Shown piece after piece: positions 1-9,353 of a stretch of DNA of 64,000 nucleotides. Below the pieces are notes generated by a model that was given only the letters and a program-made list of their open reading frames with translations, did no database searches and was not told the origin of the DNA. This stretch comes from Aulosira sp. ZfuVER01 (lineage in GTDB: Bacteria; Cyanobacteriota; Cyanobacteriia; Cyanobacteriales; Nostocaceae). The stretch lies in the NCBI GenBank assembly GCA_034530615.2, contig JAVRCV020000068.1:32001-96000 (forward strand). Direction: 5' to 3'. Numbering within the stretch: the first letter of the stretch is position 1; every line of letters starts with the position of its first letter. The position numbers and the translations under genes were made by a program.

Positions 1-3000
1 GAACTGCGGCGATCGTTGCACCATGCTGTTCTAGCAAGAAAGCAATAAATTCTCTGGTATCTGTATTATCATCCACGAATAAAATTTTTATACCCTTTAA
101 ATCTCCGGCTGGCTCAGACTGTTGTGGATCTTGATGAATCTGAGATTGATTGTGCATCAATGGCAATTTCACCGTAAAGGTTGCACCCCGATCGATACCG
201 GGGCTTTCCGCAGAGACTGTACCACCATGCAATTCAACTAAATGATGGACGATCGCCAACCCCAAACCCAATCCCCCAAATTTGCGGGTTGTGGCTGCAT
301 CTGCTTGGCGAAAGTAGTCAAATACATAGGGAAGGAAATTAGGCTCAATTCCTTTCCCTGTATCACTGACGGTGATTTGAGCTACAGAGCTAATTTGTTC
401 GAGCCGAATCTCAACTCGCCCGCCTTCTGGTGTAAATTTGACGGCGTTGGAGAGAAGATTCCAAATCACTTGCTGCAAGCGATTGGCATCACCAGCCACT
501 TGGCCAATATTTGCTGCTAATGTCGTCTGTATTTGAATTGATTTGGCTTCAGCTGCTAACCTTACCGTTTCTATTGCTGCTTGAATTGTCGCAATTAAAT
601 TAACAGGACAGACATTGAGGCTGAGTTTACCCCGCAGAATTCGGGAAACATCCAGCAGATCCTCAATGAGATCGGCTTGTAATTTGGCGTTGCGCTCGAT
701 CGTAGATAAAGCTTGCGCTGTCTGGGTGGCATCAAGTTTTTGAGTGCGTAATAACTTTGACCAGCCTAATATTGGGTTGAGAGGCGATCGCAACTCGTGA
801 GACAGTACTGCTAAAAATTCATCTTTGATGCGATTGGCTTGTTGAGATGCTTCGTAAAGTCGAACATTGTCAATTGCTGAGGCTGCCATCTGCGCCAGTT
901 GCACTAAAATCGCTTCGTCTTCGGCGGTGAATTCGCCCTCATATTTATCAGAAAGCTGAATCAAGCCGAGATTTTTCCCATTCCGGCTGATCAGAGGTAC
1001 AGCCAGCCAACCGCGCATCGGCGGATGTTTACCCCCAGCCTTGCCAAATTTATTCCAACTCGGATGTGCTTCTAGTTCCGCCTGAGTCAACCGGATTGGC
1101 TGTTGTGTGCGGCAAATCAACGTATAAATTCCTGAGCCATCGGGGTTTTCGTTGTAGTTGCGCCACTTGGCATATTTATCGGAAAGCGAGATTGTATGAA
1201 TTCCCTGTGCCCAGTCATCATCAACTGTCATGCTAGTGACGGACTGGTGCGCGCCAATAATATCGCGGGCTTGCTCTGTAATTAATTGCAGTCTTTCGTT
1301 CAGCGATATTACTGAGTTAATCGTCAGGGATGCCTCAGCTAACTTTTGTAACCGGGATGTGTGCTGCTGCTCGCGAGCCAGTAACCTAGCGCGTTCTGCC
1401 TCATTACGTTTCCGTTCCGTGATATCTAGCACGATCGCGATTGTAGACTGGGGTTTGCCAGATGCATCACAAATTGCCGCCACGCTACTGCTCACCCATA
1501 CCAGAGAAGCATCTTTGCGGATGTAACGTTTCTCGATAGTGAAGTCATTTCCTGACGTTACCAAAGTTTGAAAAAGCTCTGTTTGTAAAGGCCAATCGTC
1601 GGGATGAATAATTTCTTCTAGGCTTGTTTGTAATAATTCTGACGTTGAATAACCAAGGATGTCGCAATACTTCTGGTTTACTAGCAGGAATCGACCTGTC
1701 AAATCGGTTTGCGCGATTCCCACTGCTGCTTGGTTGACGATCGCCCGAAATCTCTCTTCGCTGGCGCTGAGTGCTGCTTCTGCCCGTTTGCGAGCCGTAA
1801 TATCGCGAAAATAAACGGCTACACCATCTGAAGATGGGTAAGCGTGGATTTCCAACCACTTATCCATCGGTTCCACAAACTCTTCAAAGACAACGGAAAC
1901 CTTTTCTTTGACAGCATAGTGAAGTTTTTCATATCCCAAACTTGGTACTAATTCCGGAAATACCTCTTGCCATACCTGCTTACCGAGCAATTCTTCCTGG
2001 GATTTTTCTAATAGTCTTGTAGCTTGTTCGTTAGCGTAGGTGTAGTGCCACTCGCGATCAAAGGCCACAAAAGCATCGGTAATACTTTCGAGAATATTGC
2101 TAATTTGACTGCGGGCTGCTTCAGTTTGAATTCGCAGTTCTTGCTCTCGCCGTACTGCTTGTTGACGCATCTGCGCCATCTTCAAATTTGCTTCGACACG
2201 AGCCAGCAACTCCCGGGCTGAAAACGGCTTGATGAGGTAATCGTCGGCTCCAGCTTCTAAACCTTCAATGCGGGACTCCTCCCCAGCACGGGCAGAAAGC
2301 AGAATAATCGGCATTTCTCTGGTATGTGGGTCAGATCGTAGCTCTTGTAATAAACCTAACCCATCTAATCTAGGCATCATAATATCGGTCAGCACGAGAT
2401 CGGGTGGATGCTGACGCATAGCAGTTAAAGCCGCCAAGCCATCTTCTACTACCTCTACCTCATACCCTTGAGCTAACAGCAAACGCTGCACATACTCGCG
2501 CATATCAGCGTTATCGTCAGCTAAGAGAATACGAGCAGAGTCAGACGCAAGAACGCGGGGATATACAGACGCGGGGAATGTTGGCGATATTTTCTCTGCG
2601 TCTTCCAGCCTTTGCGTTCCCGTGTCCTCTTGCGGTAGCCAACGCAAGGCTTCTTCCACATAAGCAGCTGCACCTATTGCAGTTGATGCTAACGAACGAG
2701 TTATCTGAGTTTGACTTGCGGCAAATTTTGGTAAATGAGCCGTTCCTGTAGGAATTGATACTTTAAAACTGCTACCTTGGTTGATAATACTGGTGACTTC
2801 GATAGTACCGTGATGCAATTGCACGAGTTCTTGAACCAAGGAAAGACCAATTCCTGAGCCTTCATAAGTTCTTCCCCTGGCTCCCTGTACCCGATGAAAG
2901 CGCTCAAATAAGTGAGGTATTTCTTCAGCAGGAATACCTGTGCCCGTATCTCGCACCTCCAGCTCCACGCGATCGCGACAATCACGCAAGCTAACGGCAA

Positions 3001-4447
3001 TCTCTCCTGCAAAAGTAAACTTAAAAGCGTTAGAAAGCAAGTTGAGGACAATTTTTTCCCACATTTCCCGATCTACATACATGGGTTCAGGTAGCGGGGG
3101 ACACTCGACTACCAGGCGTATCCCGGCTCGTTCGATCGCAGATCTAAAAACTCCTGCCAAGTCTGTGGTAAATATTGCCAAGTCTGTTGGTTCGTACACC
3201 GCCTGAACTCTACCTGCTTCAATCCGGGAGAAGTCGAGTAGTGTATTCACCAGCTTCAGCAATCGCAAGGAGTTCCGATGTACAATCTCCAACTGTTCGC
3301 GATCGCTTGGTAATAGCCCAGAAGAATCAGCGAGGATATCTTCTAAGGGGCCAAGCATGAGGGTGAGGGGAGTGCGGAATTCGTGACTGACGTTGCTAAA
3401 GAAAACGGTTTTTGCCCGATCGATTTCTGCTAAGGCTTCGGCGCGTTTGCGTTCTTCTTCGTATGCTTGAGCGTTGGCAATGCTAGCCCCAATCTGAGAT
3501 GAAACTAAATCGATGAATCTTTGATAGTTGTCGTCAAAAATTCTAAACGGGTTCAAGCCAGCAATTAAGATCCCAGCTTTTCCCGTCTGTCCTGATGGTG
3601 CGATCGGCACCGCGATCGCCTGATGGGGAGGACGTTGCCAAGCACCTGTTGGCAGGTTAACAAAAGACGCTGCCAAATTAGAAACTAGGGCTGGCTTCTG
3701 CGTTCTGATGATTTCTGCAAAAGGCCAAACCGAATCGGCATTAAGATCGACTTTTTGCGGAACTGCCGCATGGTCTGGTTCGATCCCACAAGTCCCCGTC
3801 AACAGCACACACTGCCGATCTGGATCGACCAGATAAATCATTGCGAAGGGGAGGTCATAAGGGTTAGTTGCCAAACAACTCGCACTCAGAGTACAAGCTG
3901 CATGGAATGTGCGCGCGTCTGCTGTTCTCGCCGCTAATTCCCGCAGTAGTGCCAACTGACGTTCGCTAATAATTCGCTGCGTGTCGTCTGAGTTGGCACA
4001 AATAATGCCACCTGTACCACCTTGGTCATTAGGGACTGGGCTATATGAAAATGTATAATATGTTTCCTCCGGGTAGCCGTTGCGCTCCATAATCAGTAGT
4101 AGCGCTTCGTCGTAAGTACCCTCATTCTTCAATAGTGCTGATTCTGCCCGCGGCCCAACCTGATCCCAAATCTCCCGCCACACATAAGCAGCTGGCTGTC
4201 CTAGAGCAGAGGGATGTTTGCCACCAACAATCGCCTTGTAAGCATCATTGTAAAGGTTAATAAGTTCCGAACCCCACCAGACAAACATTGGTTGGCGGGA
4301 GGTTAGCATAATTCGCACGCAAGTCTTGAGACTCTGCGGCCATGCTGATACCGGACCCAAAGACGTTTGTGACCAATCGAAAGATTGCATGAGCATTCCC
4401 ATCTCTCCACCACCAGCAAAAATGTTTTCGATGCTAGTGGCTTTCAT
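1..4447 (-). CDS. Multi-sensor hybrid histidine kinase (PAS-GAF-HisKA-HATPase-REC-PAS-PAS-GAF-HisKA-HATPase-REC), 3' end runs off the window
   Basis: Hand translation from ATG at 4447: MKATSIENIFAGGGEMGMLMQSFDWSQTSLGP. H-boxes FFSNVSHEFRTPL (~3400) and FLAVLSHELRSPL (~800). Receiver motifs ILLADDNADMR/DLVLTDIMMP (~2400-2530) and IFIVDDNTDTREF-like (~60-90). Same frame at 4447, ~2750 and ~50. Absent from the ORF track because no stop lies in the window. Confidence 0.92.
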   Translation of the reverse strand, partial: MKATSIENIFAGGGEMGMLMQSFDWSQTSLGPVSAWPQSLKTCVRIMLTSRQPMFVWWGSELINLYNDAYKAIVGGKHPSALGQPAAYVWREIWDQVGPRAESALLKNEGTYDEALLLIMERNGYPEETYYTFSYSPVPNDQGGTGGIICANSDDTQRIISERQLALLRELAARTADARTFHAACTLSASCLATNPYDLPFAMIYLVDPDRQCVLLTGTCGIEPDHAAVPQKVDLNADSVWPFAEIIRTQKPALVSNLAASFVNLPTGAWQRPPHQAIAVPIAPSGQTGKAGILIAGLNPFRIFDDNYQRFIDLVSSQIGASIANAQAYEEERKRAEALAEIDRAKTVFFSNVSHEFRTPLTLMLGPLEDILADSSGLLPSDREQLEIVHRNSLRLLKLVNTLLDFSRIEAGRVQAVYEPTDLAIFTTDLAGVFRSAIERAGIRLVVECPPLPEPMYVDREMWEKIVLNLLSNAFKFTFAGEIAVSLRDCRDRVELEVRDTGTGIPAEEIPHLFERFHRVQGARGRTYEGSGIGLSLVQELVQLHHGTIEVTSIINQGSSFKVSIPTGTAHLPKFAASQTQITRSLASTAIGAAAYVEEALRWLPQEDTGTQRLEDAEKISPTFPASVYPRVLASDSARILLADDNADMREYVQRLLLAQGYEVEVVEDGLAALTAMRQHPPDLVLTDIMMPRLDGLGLLQELRSDPHTREMPIILLSARAGEESRIEGLEAGADDYLIKPFSARELLARVEANLKMAQMRQQAVRREQELRIQTEAARSQISNILESITDAFVAFDREWHYTYANEQATRLLEKSQEELLGKQVWQEVFPELVPSLGYEKLHYAVKEKVSVVFEEFVEPMDKWLEIHAYPSSDGVAVYFRDITARKRAEAALSASEERFRAIVNQAAVGIAQTDLTGRFLLVNQKYCDILGYSTSELLQTSLEEIIHPDDWPLQTELFQTLVTSGNDFTIEKRYIRKDASLVWVSSSVAAICDASGKPQSTIAIVLDITERKRNEAERARLLAREQQHTSRLQKLAEASLTINSVISLNERLQLITEQARDIIGAHQSVTSMTVDDDWAQGIHTISLSDKYAKWRNYNENPDGSGIYTLICRTQQPIRLTQAELEAHPSWNKFGKAGGKHPPMRGWLAVPLISRNGKNLGLIQLSDKYEGEFTAEDEAILVQLAQMAASAIDNVRLYEASQQANRIKDEFLAVLSHELRSPLNPILGWSKLLRTQKLDATQTAQALSTIERNAKLQADLIEDLLDVSRILRGKLSLNVCPVNLIATIQAAIETVRLAAEAKSIQIQTTLAANIGQVAGDANRLQQVIWNLLSNAVKFTPEGGRVEIRLEQISSVAQITVSDTGKGIEPNFLPYVFDYFRQADAATTRKFGGLGLGLAIVHHLVELHGGTVSAESPGIDRGATFTVKLPLMHNQSQIHQDPQQSEPAGDLKGIKILFVDDNTDTREFIAFLLEQHGATIAAV

Positions 4448-4783
4448 CTCTTGAGTCACAAGTCTTGGCTCCTCATGCTCGACAATATTTCTTTTGCAGC
4501 TCTTGAGTGCGATCGCTCATTGGTATGGTAAAGCTTAAATTCACTCCCATATTTAAGGTCAAGTTTTTTTAGTTTGGGTTTCCAGGAGCATTTGCGATGC
4601 CATGAAACTCCGATCTGTGAACTGGATTTGTGATAGTTAGCGGCACTATTGAGTCTCACCAACCAACTCCGCGAAGCTTGTTTGGCGATCGCGGATATCT
4701 AGCGCAGTTAACTTTGCTTTTCTAGACCAGACTTTACCACGTAGTATATTGCTCTTTGTTCTGTCACAAGACACATAAAGGAC

Positions 4784-4808
4784 AAAAAATACCCCAACGG
4801 TTGGGGTA
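4784..4808 (-). terminator. Intrinsic terminator after the peptide precursor gene
   Basis: TACCCCAA-cgg-TTGGGGTA hairpin followed on the minus strand by a U-tract. Confidence 0.7.
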
Positions 4809-4865
4809 CAGCATCAGTAAGTTGAGTTGTCTAACCAAGGTTCTACGGCTGCAATATCTCTAACT

Positions 4866-5156
4866 TCACCTTCTGCCAAAGAATCTGGCAAACCCAGATA
4901 AAAAGCTCATAACGTCGCTAACTGAGTCAAAGCCCAAACCAACCACTTGAAATGCAGCAGTAGATATAGAAGAAGAGCTAAAAATAGAATTGCTACCAAA
5001 ACCCCTACGTCTTGAATTTTTTCGCACAGAAGAAAATACATCCCTCTGCTCGTACATTGACCCTGATAAGAAAATATCAATTCCACCTGAAACTTGGTCG
5101 AGTTCTTCGTTTGATAATTCAACGGGAGCGTTATTTATAACTTTCTCACTAGACAT
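4866..5156 (-). CDS. Double-glycine-leader peptide precursor (cyanobacterial CTB-like bacteriocin family), 96 aa
   Basis: ATG at 5156 preceded by AAGGA; leader VELSNEELDQVSGG; Ser/Phe/Gly-rich core ending FLSGFARFFGRR. Confidence 0.8.
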   Translation of the reverse strand: MSSEKVINNAPVELSNEELDQVSGGIDIFLSGSMYEQRDVFSSVRKNSRRRGFGSNSIFSSSSISTAAFQVVGLGFDSVSDVMSFLSGFARFFGRR

Positions 5157-5494
5157 GATTTTTTCCTTATCAATAGCTATTGATACTGAGATATCTCTCT
5201 GGAAAGAGAACTTATGCACTATCGCCTTAAATCCTGAAAGGAAATATTCGGATTGAGGCTGACCAAGAACGAACACCATTACCGCTTAACTACATTTAAC
5301 TATTAATTGAAAATTCATTAGTTTTACTTATAGAAAAGCGATAATTAGTTCTTGGTATTAAACAGACAAAATATAGATACAACTCACGGTTGAATATTTT
5401 CGTTCAACGGTTAAGAAAAATTTTGCGATTTACGAACTTTACTAAGTAAGTGTAGACTCGTAGCCATTCACAAGAAAATCTCAGCACCAAGCAC

Positions 5495-5539
5495 AAAAAA
5501 GGAGCATTAATCATTTGTTTACTTGACTAACGCTCCTTC
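5495..5539 (-). terminator. Probable terminator after the chelatase gene
   Basis: AAGGAGC...GCTCCTT imperfect hairpin with an A-run on the left (U-tract on minus strand). Confidence 0.5.
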
Positions 5540-5614
5540 CCATGCTTAAGTTTTAAGCTATTATTCTCAGGAATTTATTCCTAAATTTTCAAGTACTCCT
5601 CGCTACATTTCCAA

Positions 5615-6739
5615 TTAATGATGGTGATGGTGGTGGTGATGATGATGTCCATCTAGTTGAGGGTTAACTGCGATCGCTTCTTCTGCTCTCAACTCGCTAA
5701 TATGAGACTCTGCCCATTGCGCTACCATTGCCAAAAATTCAGGATGGTCATTAACGCATGGCATTTGTACGTAATTCACATCAGGATGTTTTTTCTCCAC
5801 CGCATGAATAATATGGTGAACATCCAATAAAGTTTCGTGATTTTCTGTGGCAAAACCAATAGGCATAAAAATTACCACTTTGGCACCCAATTGAATCAGG
5901 TTTTTAGCAGCTTGTTCGGCATTTGGTAGCGTCCATTCAATTAGGGGGGTGTCATGGTTAAGCCAACCTACAGAAATTAAAGGATAGCGGTTAATCAACT
6001 TTTCCCTTACCAATTCATATAGTGCTTGGCTTTCGGTAATCCCTGAGGTGAATCCTTTGGCTTTGTGGGGACAACCGTGATTCATCAAGATAATGCCGAT
6101 TTGAGAAGGTAAGTAGGTTGCGGCTAAATCAGCGTTAATTTTCTCCTCTACGATATTAGCCATTAAATCAATGTAGGCTGGCTCGTTGTAGAACGAAGGA
6201 ATATAGCGCAATCCTTTTACCCAATGTTCATCGCCATCAGCCATTTCGGCTAAAGCATTATTTACCTGCTCGATCGCAATCCCACTAGTAAAGATAGAAT
6301 CAACCACCAGTAGGGGATAAATTAAGATTTTGTCGAAGCCTTGGTTTTTAATTTCTGCTAAGACTTGTTTGGGTAAAAAAGGAGCGCAGAAGTTGAAAGC
6401 TTTGAAAACTTGAACGCTATCACCCCACTTTTCTTGTAAAAGCTTTTCCAGTCCAGCGCGTTGCTGTTCAAAGATGGCATTATGTGGGGAAATAAAATCG
6501 TGATGTGTGTGTCCCCATTCATGGCGGTCAAATAAGGCCAAAAGCTTTGCTAGGGGTGGGTAAATCCAAGTTGGGACTGGTGCGAATTTTGCTGTCAGTA
6601 GATTTAAAGCCTGTTCGTTATAGTTAGCGAAATCTTCGTAGCTTTCGACTTCGCCGTAGCCCATGAGCAATACGGCTACTCGGTCTTGACGTGATGATTG
6701 CTCGTGGGTATGTTGTACTTTTTCCGGCGTGGCTACCAC
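5615..6739 (-). CDS. Ferrochelatase-family (HemH-like) chelatase with C-terminal His10 tail and no CAB domain
   Basis: VLLMGYGE, AFNFCAPF, IPSFYNEPAYI, NHGCP, FMPIGFATENHETLLD motifs of class II chelatases; ends DGHHHHHHHHHH. Confidence 0.85.
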   Translation of the reverse strand: MVATPEKVQHTHEQSSRQDRVAVLLMGYGEVESYEDFANYNEQALNLLTAKFAPVPTWIYPPLAKLLALFDRHEWGHTHHDFISPHNAIFEQQRAGLEKLLQEKWGDSVQVFKAFNFCAPFLPKQVLAEIKNQGFDKILIYPLLVVDSIFTSGIAIEQVNNALAEMADGDEHWVKGLRYIPSFYNEPAYIDLMANIVEEKINADLAATYLPSQIGIILMNHGCPHKAKGFTSGITESQALYELVREKLINRYPLISVGWLNHDTPLIEWTLPNAEQAAKNLIQLGAKVVIFMPIGFATENHETLLDVHHIIHAVEKKHPDVNYVQMPCVNDHPEFLAMVAQWAESHISELRAEEAIAVNPQLDGHHHHHHHHHH

Positions 6740-6817
6740 AGTGAGTTCCTCAATATAACCAGAATAGAAAGAAGTATCAAAGAAATAATTTGATTATTTC
6801 CCTGCTTTGTAAACTAA

Positions 6818-6836
6818 TATCCCATCCGGGGGGATA
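6818..6836. promoter_or_regulatory. Palindromic operator candidate in the divergent promoter region
   Basis: TATCCC-atccggg-GGGATA inverted repeat with C/G tracts, ~80 bp upstream of the chelatase start. Confidence 0.35.
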
Positions 6837-7150
6837 GGATAATTACAATCATCATAACGAGACATGGCATTACATACCCCTATCGCTAGGATGTAGACAA
6901 AAAAATTTACCTAAAATCTGGGGATCGCGGGCAAGAGGTAGTGTATTTGATACCACATAACAACCTGCATATAGCGGCGATCGCCCTGTGGTCGATTACG
7001 TATAATTAGTTCGTCGTCAGGACTTTAGTCCTGGATTTTATAGCACTAAAATACAGACTCCTGGCCGTTGCGTAAAATATAAATGTTATATTCGCAACCA
7101 GTAATAAATCTTAATCAGAAAATTGTGCAAGTTGCTAACACTAAAGACTG

Positions 7151-7723
7151 ATGAGCATCATCATTTGCCCTGGAATCCATGAGCCAGAATTGACTGCAAG
7201 TTTTATCTCAGGGTGCTTAAATTTAAATTCTGATAGTTCAAGTACTACAGCAGCAGTAAATATACTAGTCTACCCAGAACAGGGTGTACTGACCCTATCG
7301 CCATTCCATATTTTACAATTTCTACACAATTGCTTGGGGAATGAGTTAGAATCGCCCGTGATCTTCATTAGTTTTAGCGCAGGTGTAGTCGGAGCAATGC
7401 TCGCGGCGAATTCATGGCGATTGTTAGGAGGTAATGTCAAAGCTTTTATTGCTATAGATGGATGGAGCGTGCCACTATGGGGTGATTTTCCCATTCATCG
7501 GATGAGTCATGATTATTTCACTCACTGGAGTTCATCTTTACTCGGTAGTGGGAAAAATAACTTTTATGCAGAACCAGCAGTTGACCATTTATCTATATGG
7601 CGATCGCCGCAAACCGTCCAAGGTTTTTGGGTAGATCCTTCTGAAGAATTTTACTCCAAAAGCGATCGCTTGAGTGCATGTGAATTCTTCCACCTGCTGT
7701 TGAAGCGCTATGAAGAAAAATAG
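7151..7723 (+). CDS. Conserved hypothetical protein, alpha/beta-hydrolase-like
   Basis: 190-aa ORF; IIICPGIH, ISFSAGVVG nucleophile-elbow-like motif, IAIDGW. Confidence 0.75.
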   Translation: MSIIICPGIHEPELTASFISGCLNLNSDSSSTTAAVNILVYPEQGVLTLSPFHILQFLHNCLGNELESPVIFISFSAGVVGAMLAANSWRLLGGNVKAFIAIDGWSVPLWGDFPIHRMSHDYFTHWSSSLLGSGKNNFYAEPAVDHLSIWRSPQTVQGFWVDPSEEFYSKSDRLSACEFFHLLLKRYEEK

Positions 7724-7822
7724 TCCGGAAAATTAAGTTGGCAAGCAGGAGTGAGAAATAGGGAAAACTCTACAATGGAGCAATAAAAATCAGGAAAATG
7801 AGGGGTATGAGGAAGAAAATGC

Positions 7823-7870
7823 TCCCTTGTCTCCCCCCTCTCCCTTGTCTCCCTCCTCTCTCTTTGTTCC
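7823..7870. repeat. Short pyrimidine-rich tandem repeat (STRR-like)
   Basis: CTCCCTTGTCTCC units; similar tracts at ~38730-38810 and ~48205-48260. Confidence 0.6.
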
Positions 7871-7903
7871 CCATCTACCCTAGTCCCTATTACGAAGTAA
7901 CTA

Positions 7904-9166
7904 ATGTTTCCAACAGAACCTGCTGCTGTTAATAACGGGTTTGGCGCATTGCTGAAAAACCGTGCTTTTATGCTCCTGTGGATTGGGCAACTGGTTTCTC
8001 AGTTAGCAGATAAGGTCTTCTTCGTTTTGATGATTGCCTTGCTGGAGAACTACCCACCTCTGCCAGGATTGGCAGAAAGCTCAATGCACTCAACCTTGAT
8101 GGTAGTCTTTACAATACCGGCAATTTTGTTTGGTTCTGCGGGTGGTATCTTTGTTGACCGTTGGCCCAAAAAGCTAATTATGGTTGGCTCTGATGTAGTG
8201 AGAGGGTTATTGACGTTATTAATCCCGTTTTTACCAAGGGAATTTTTGTTATTATTAATACTCGTTTTTGCGATTTCTACTGTAACGCAGTTTTTTGCAC
8301 CTGCGGAACAGGCTGCTATTCCCTTGTTGGTGCAACGAGAAAATTTAATGGCAGCCAATGCCCTGTTTAGCAGCACAATGATGGGGGCGCTCATAGTTGG
8401 CTTCGCAGTGGGAGAGCCGATTTTGAGTTGGGCAAAAAGCTTCCTAGGAGAACAGTACGGTCAAGAGATTATAGTTACTGCATTATATTTTTTATCAGCT
8501 GCAATTATGCAGCCAATTAAATTTAGAGAACACCGATCTCCTGGAGAGCATCAATCTTCAGGTAAACCTTGGGTTGAATTTACAGAAAGTTTGCGCTATT
8601 TGAAGAAAAACCGTTTGGTATTGAATGCCATGCTGCAACTAGTGACTTTGTATTGCGTGTTTGCAGCATTAACAGTACTGACAATTAGATTAGCAGAGGA
8701 TTTTGGCTTAAAAGAGAAACAGTTTGGCTTTTTCTTGGCAGCAGCTGGGGTAGGTATGGTACTCGGTGCAGGCATTTTAGGACACTGGGGTGTGAAGTTC
8801 CATCACAAGCCTTTACCCTTAATCGGATTTTTGATGATGTCCTTGGTTTTAGGGGTATTCACTTTTACCCATAATTTGTTATTGGCGCTCTTACTTTGTG
8901 CCTTATTGGGTGTAGGTGCTTCCTTAATTGGCGTGCCGATGCAAACTTTAATTCAACAACAAGCACCTCCTAATATGCACGGTAAAGTTTTTGGCTTTCA
9001 AAATCATGCTGTCAATATTGCTCTTTCCTTACCTCTGGCAATTACTGGCCCATTAACTGATATTCTAGGTTTGCGTGTTGTACTTGTCGCTATGAGCCTG
9101 ATAGTTGCGGCTGTCGGTGTTTGGGCTTGGCAAAATACCCGTCGCGTGTTGCAGGACGTACTTTAA
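7904..9166 (+). CDS. MFS transporter
   Basis: About 12 hydrophobic segments; motif A variant GIFVDRWPKK; FMLLWIGQLVSQLAD. Confidence 0.9.
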   Translation: MFPTEPAAVNNGFGALLKNRAFMLLWIGQLVSQLADKVFFVLMIALLENYPPLPGLAESSMHSTLMVVFTIPAILFGSAGGIFVDRWPKKLIMVGSDVVRGLLTLLIPFLPREFLLLLILVFAISTVTQFFAPAEQAAIPLLVQRENLMAANALFSSTMMGALIVGFAVGEPILSWAKSFLGEQYGQEIIVTALYFLSAAIMQPIKFREHRSPGEHQSSGKPWVEFTESLRYLKKNRLVLNAMLQLVTLYCVFAALTVLTIRLAEDFGLKEKQFGFFLAAAGVGMVLGAGILGHWGVKFHHKPLPLIGFLMMSLVLGVFTFTHNLLLALLLCALLGVGASLIGVPMQTLIQQQAPPNMHGKVFGFQNHAVNIALSLPLAITGPLTDILGLRVVLVAMSLIVAAVGVWAWQNTRRVLQDVL

Positions 9167-9353
9167 CCGATACAAAGTAATAACATTAAATACATCAAGT
9201 TTTCCTAGAAGGACGGGGTTTTAGACCCGGATTTTTGATAAGCACCTATAAAAAATAGAAATATCCGTAAGGATTTAATTAAACTTTTCTATTAAAATGA
9301 AATCTTAACTACAGAATCCAAGCATTAACTTAGCTATTCTCAGAGGTTTGACA

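Noticed and set aside
242..4662. Short ORFs listed over the first 4.6 kb
   Set aside because: Antisense or alternate-frame shadows of the hybrid kinase, or unsupported intergenic ORFs.
9203..9235. IS200/IS605-like end hairpin (CCTAGAAGGACGGGG)
   Set aside because: Only a short fragment with no transposase; too little to call an element.
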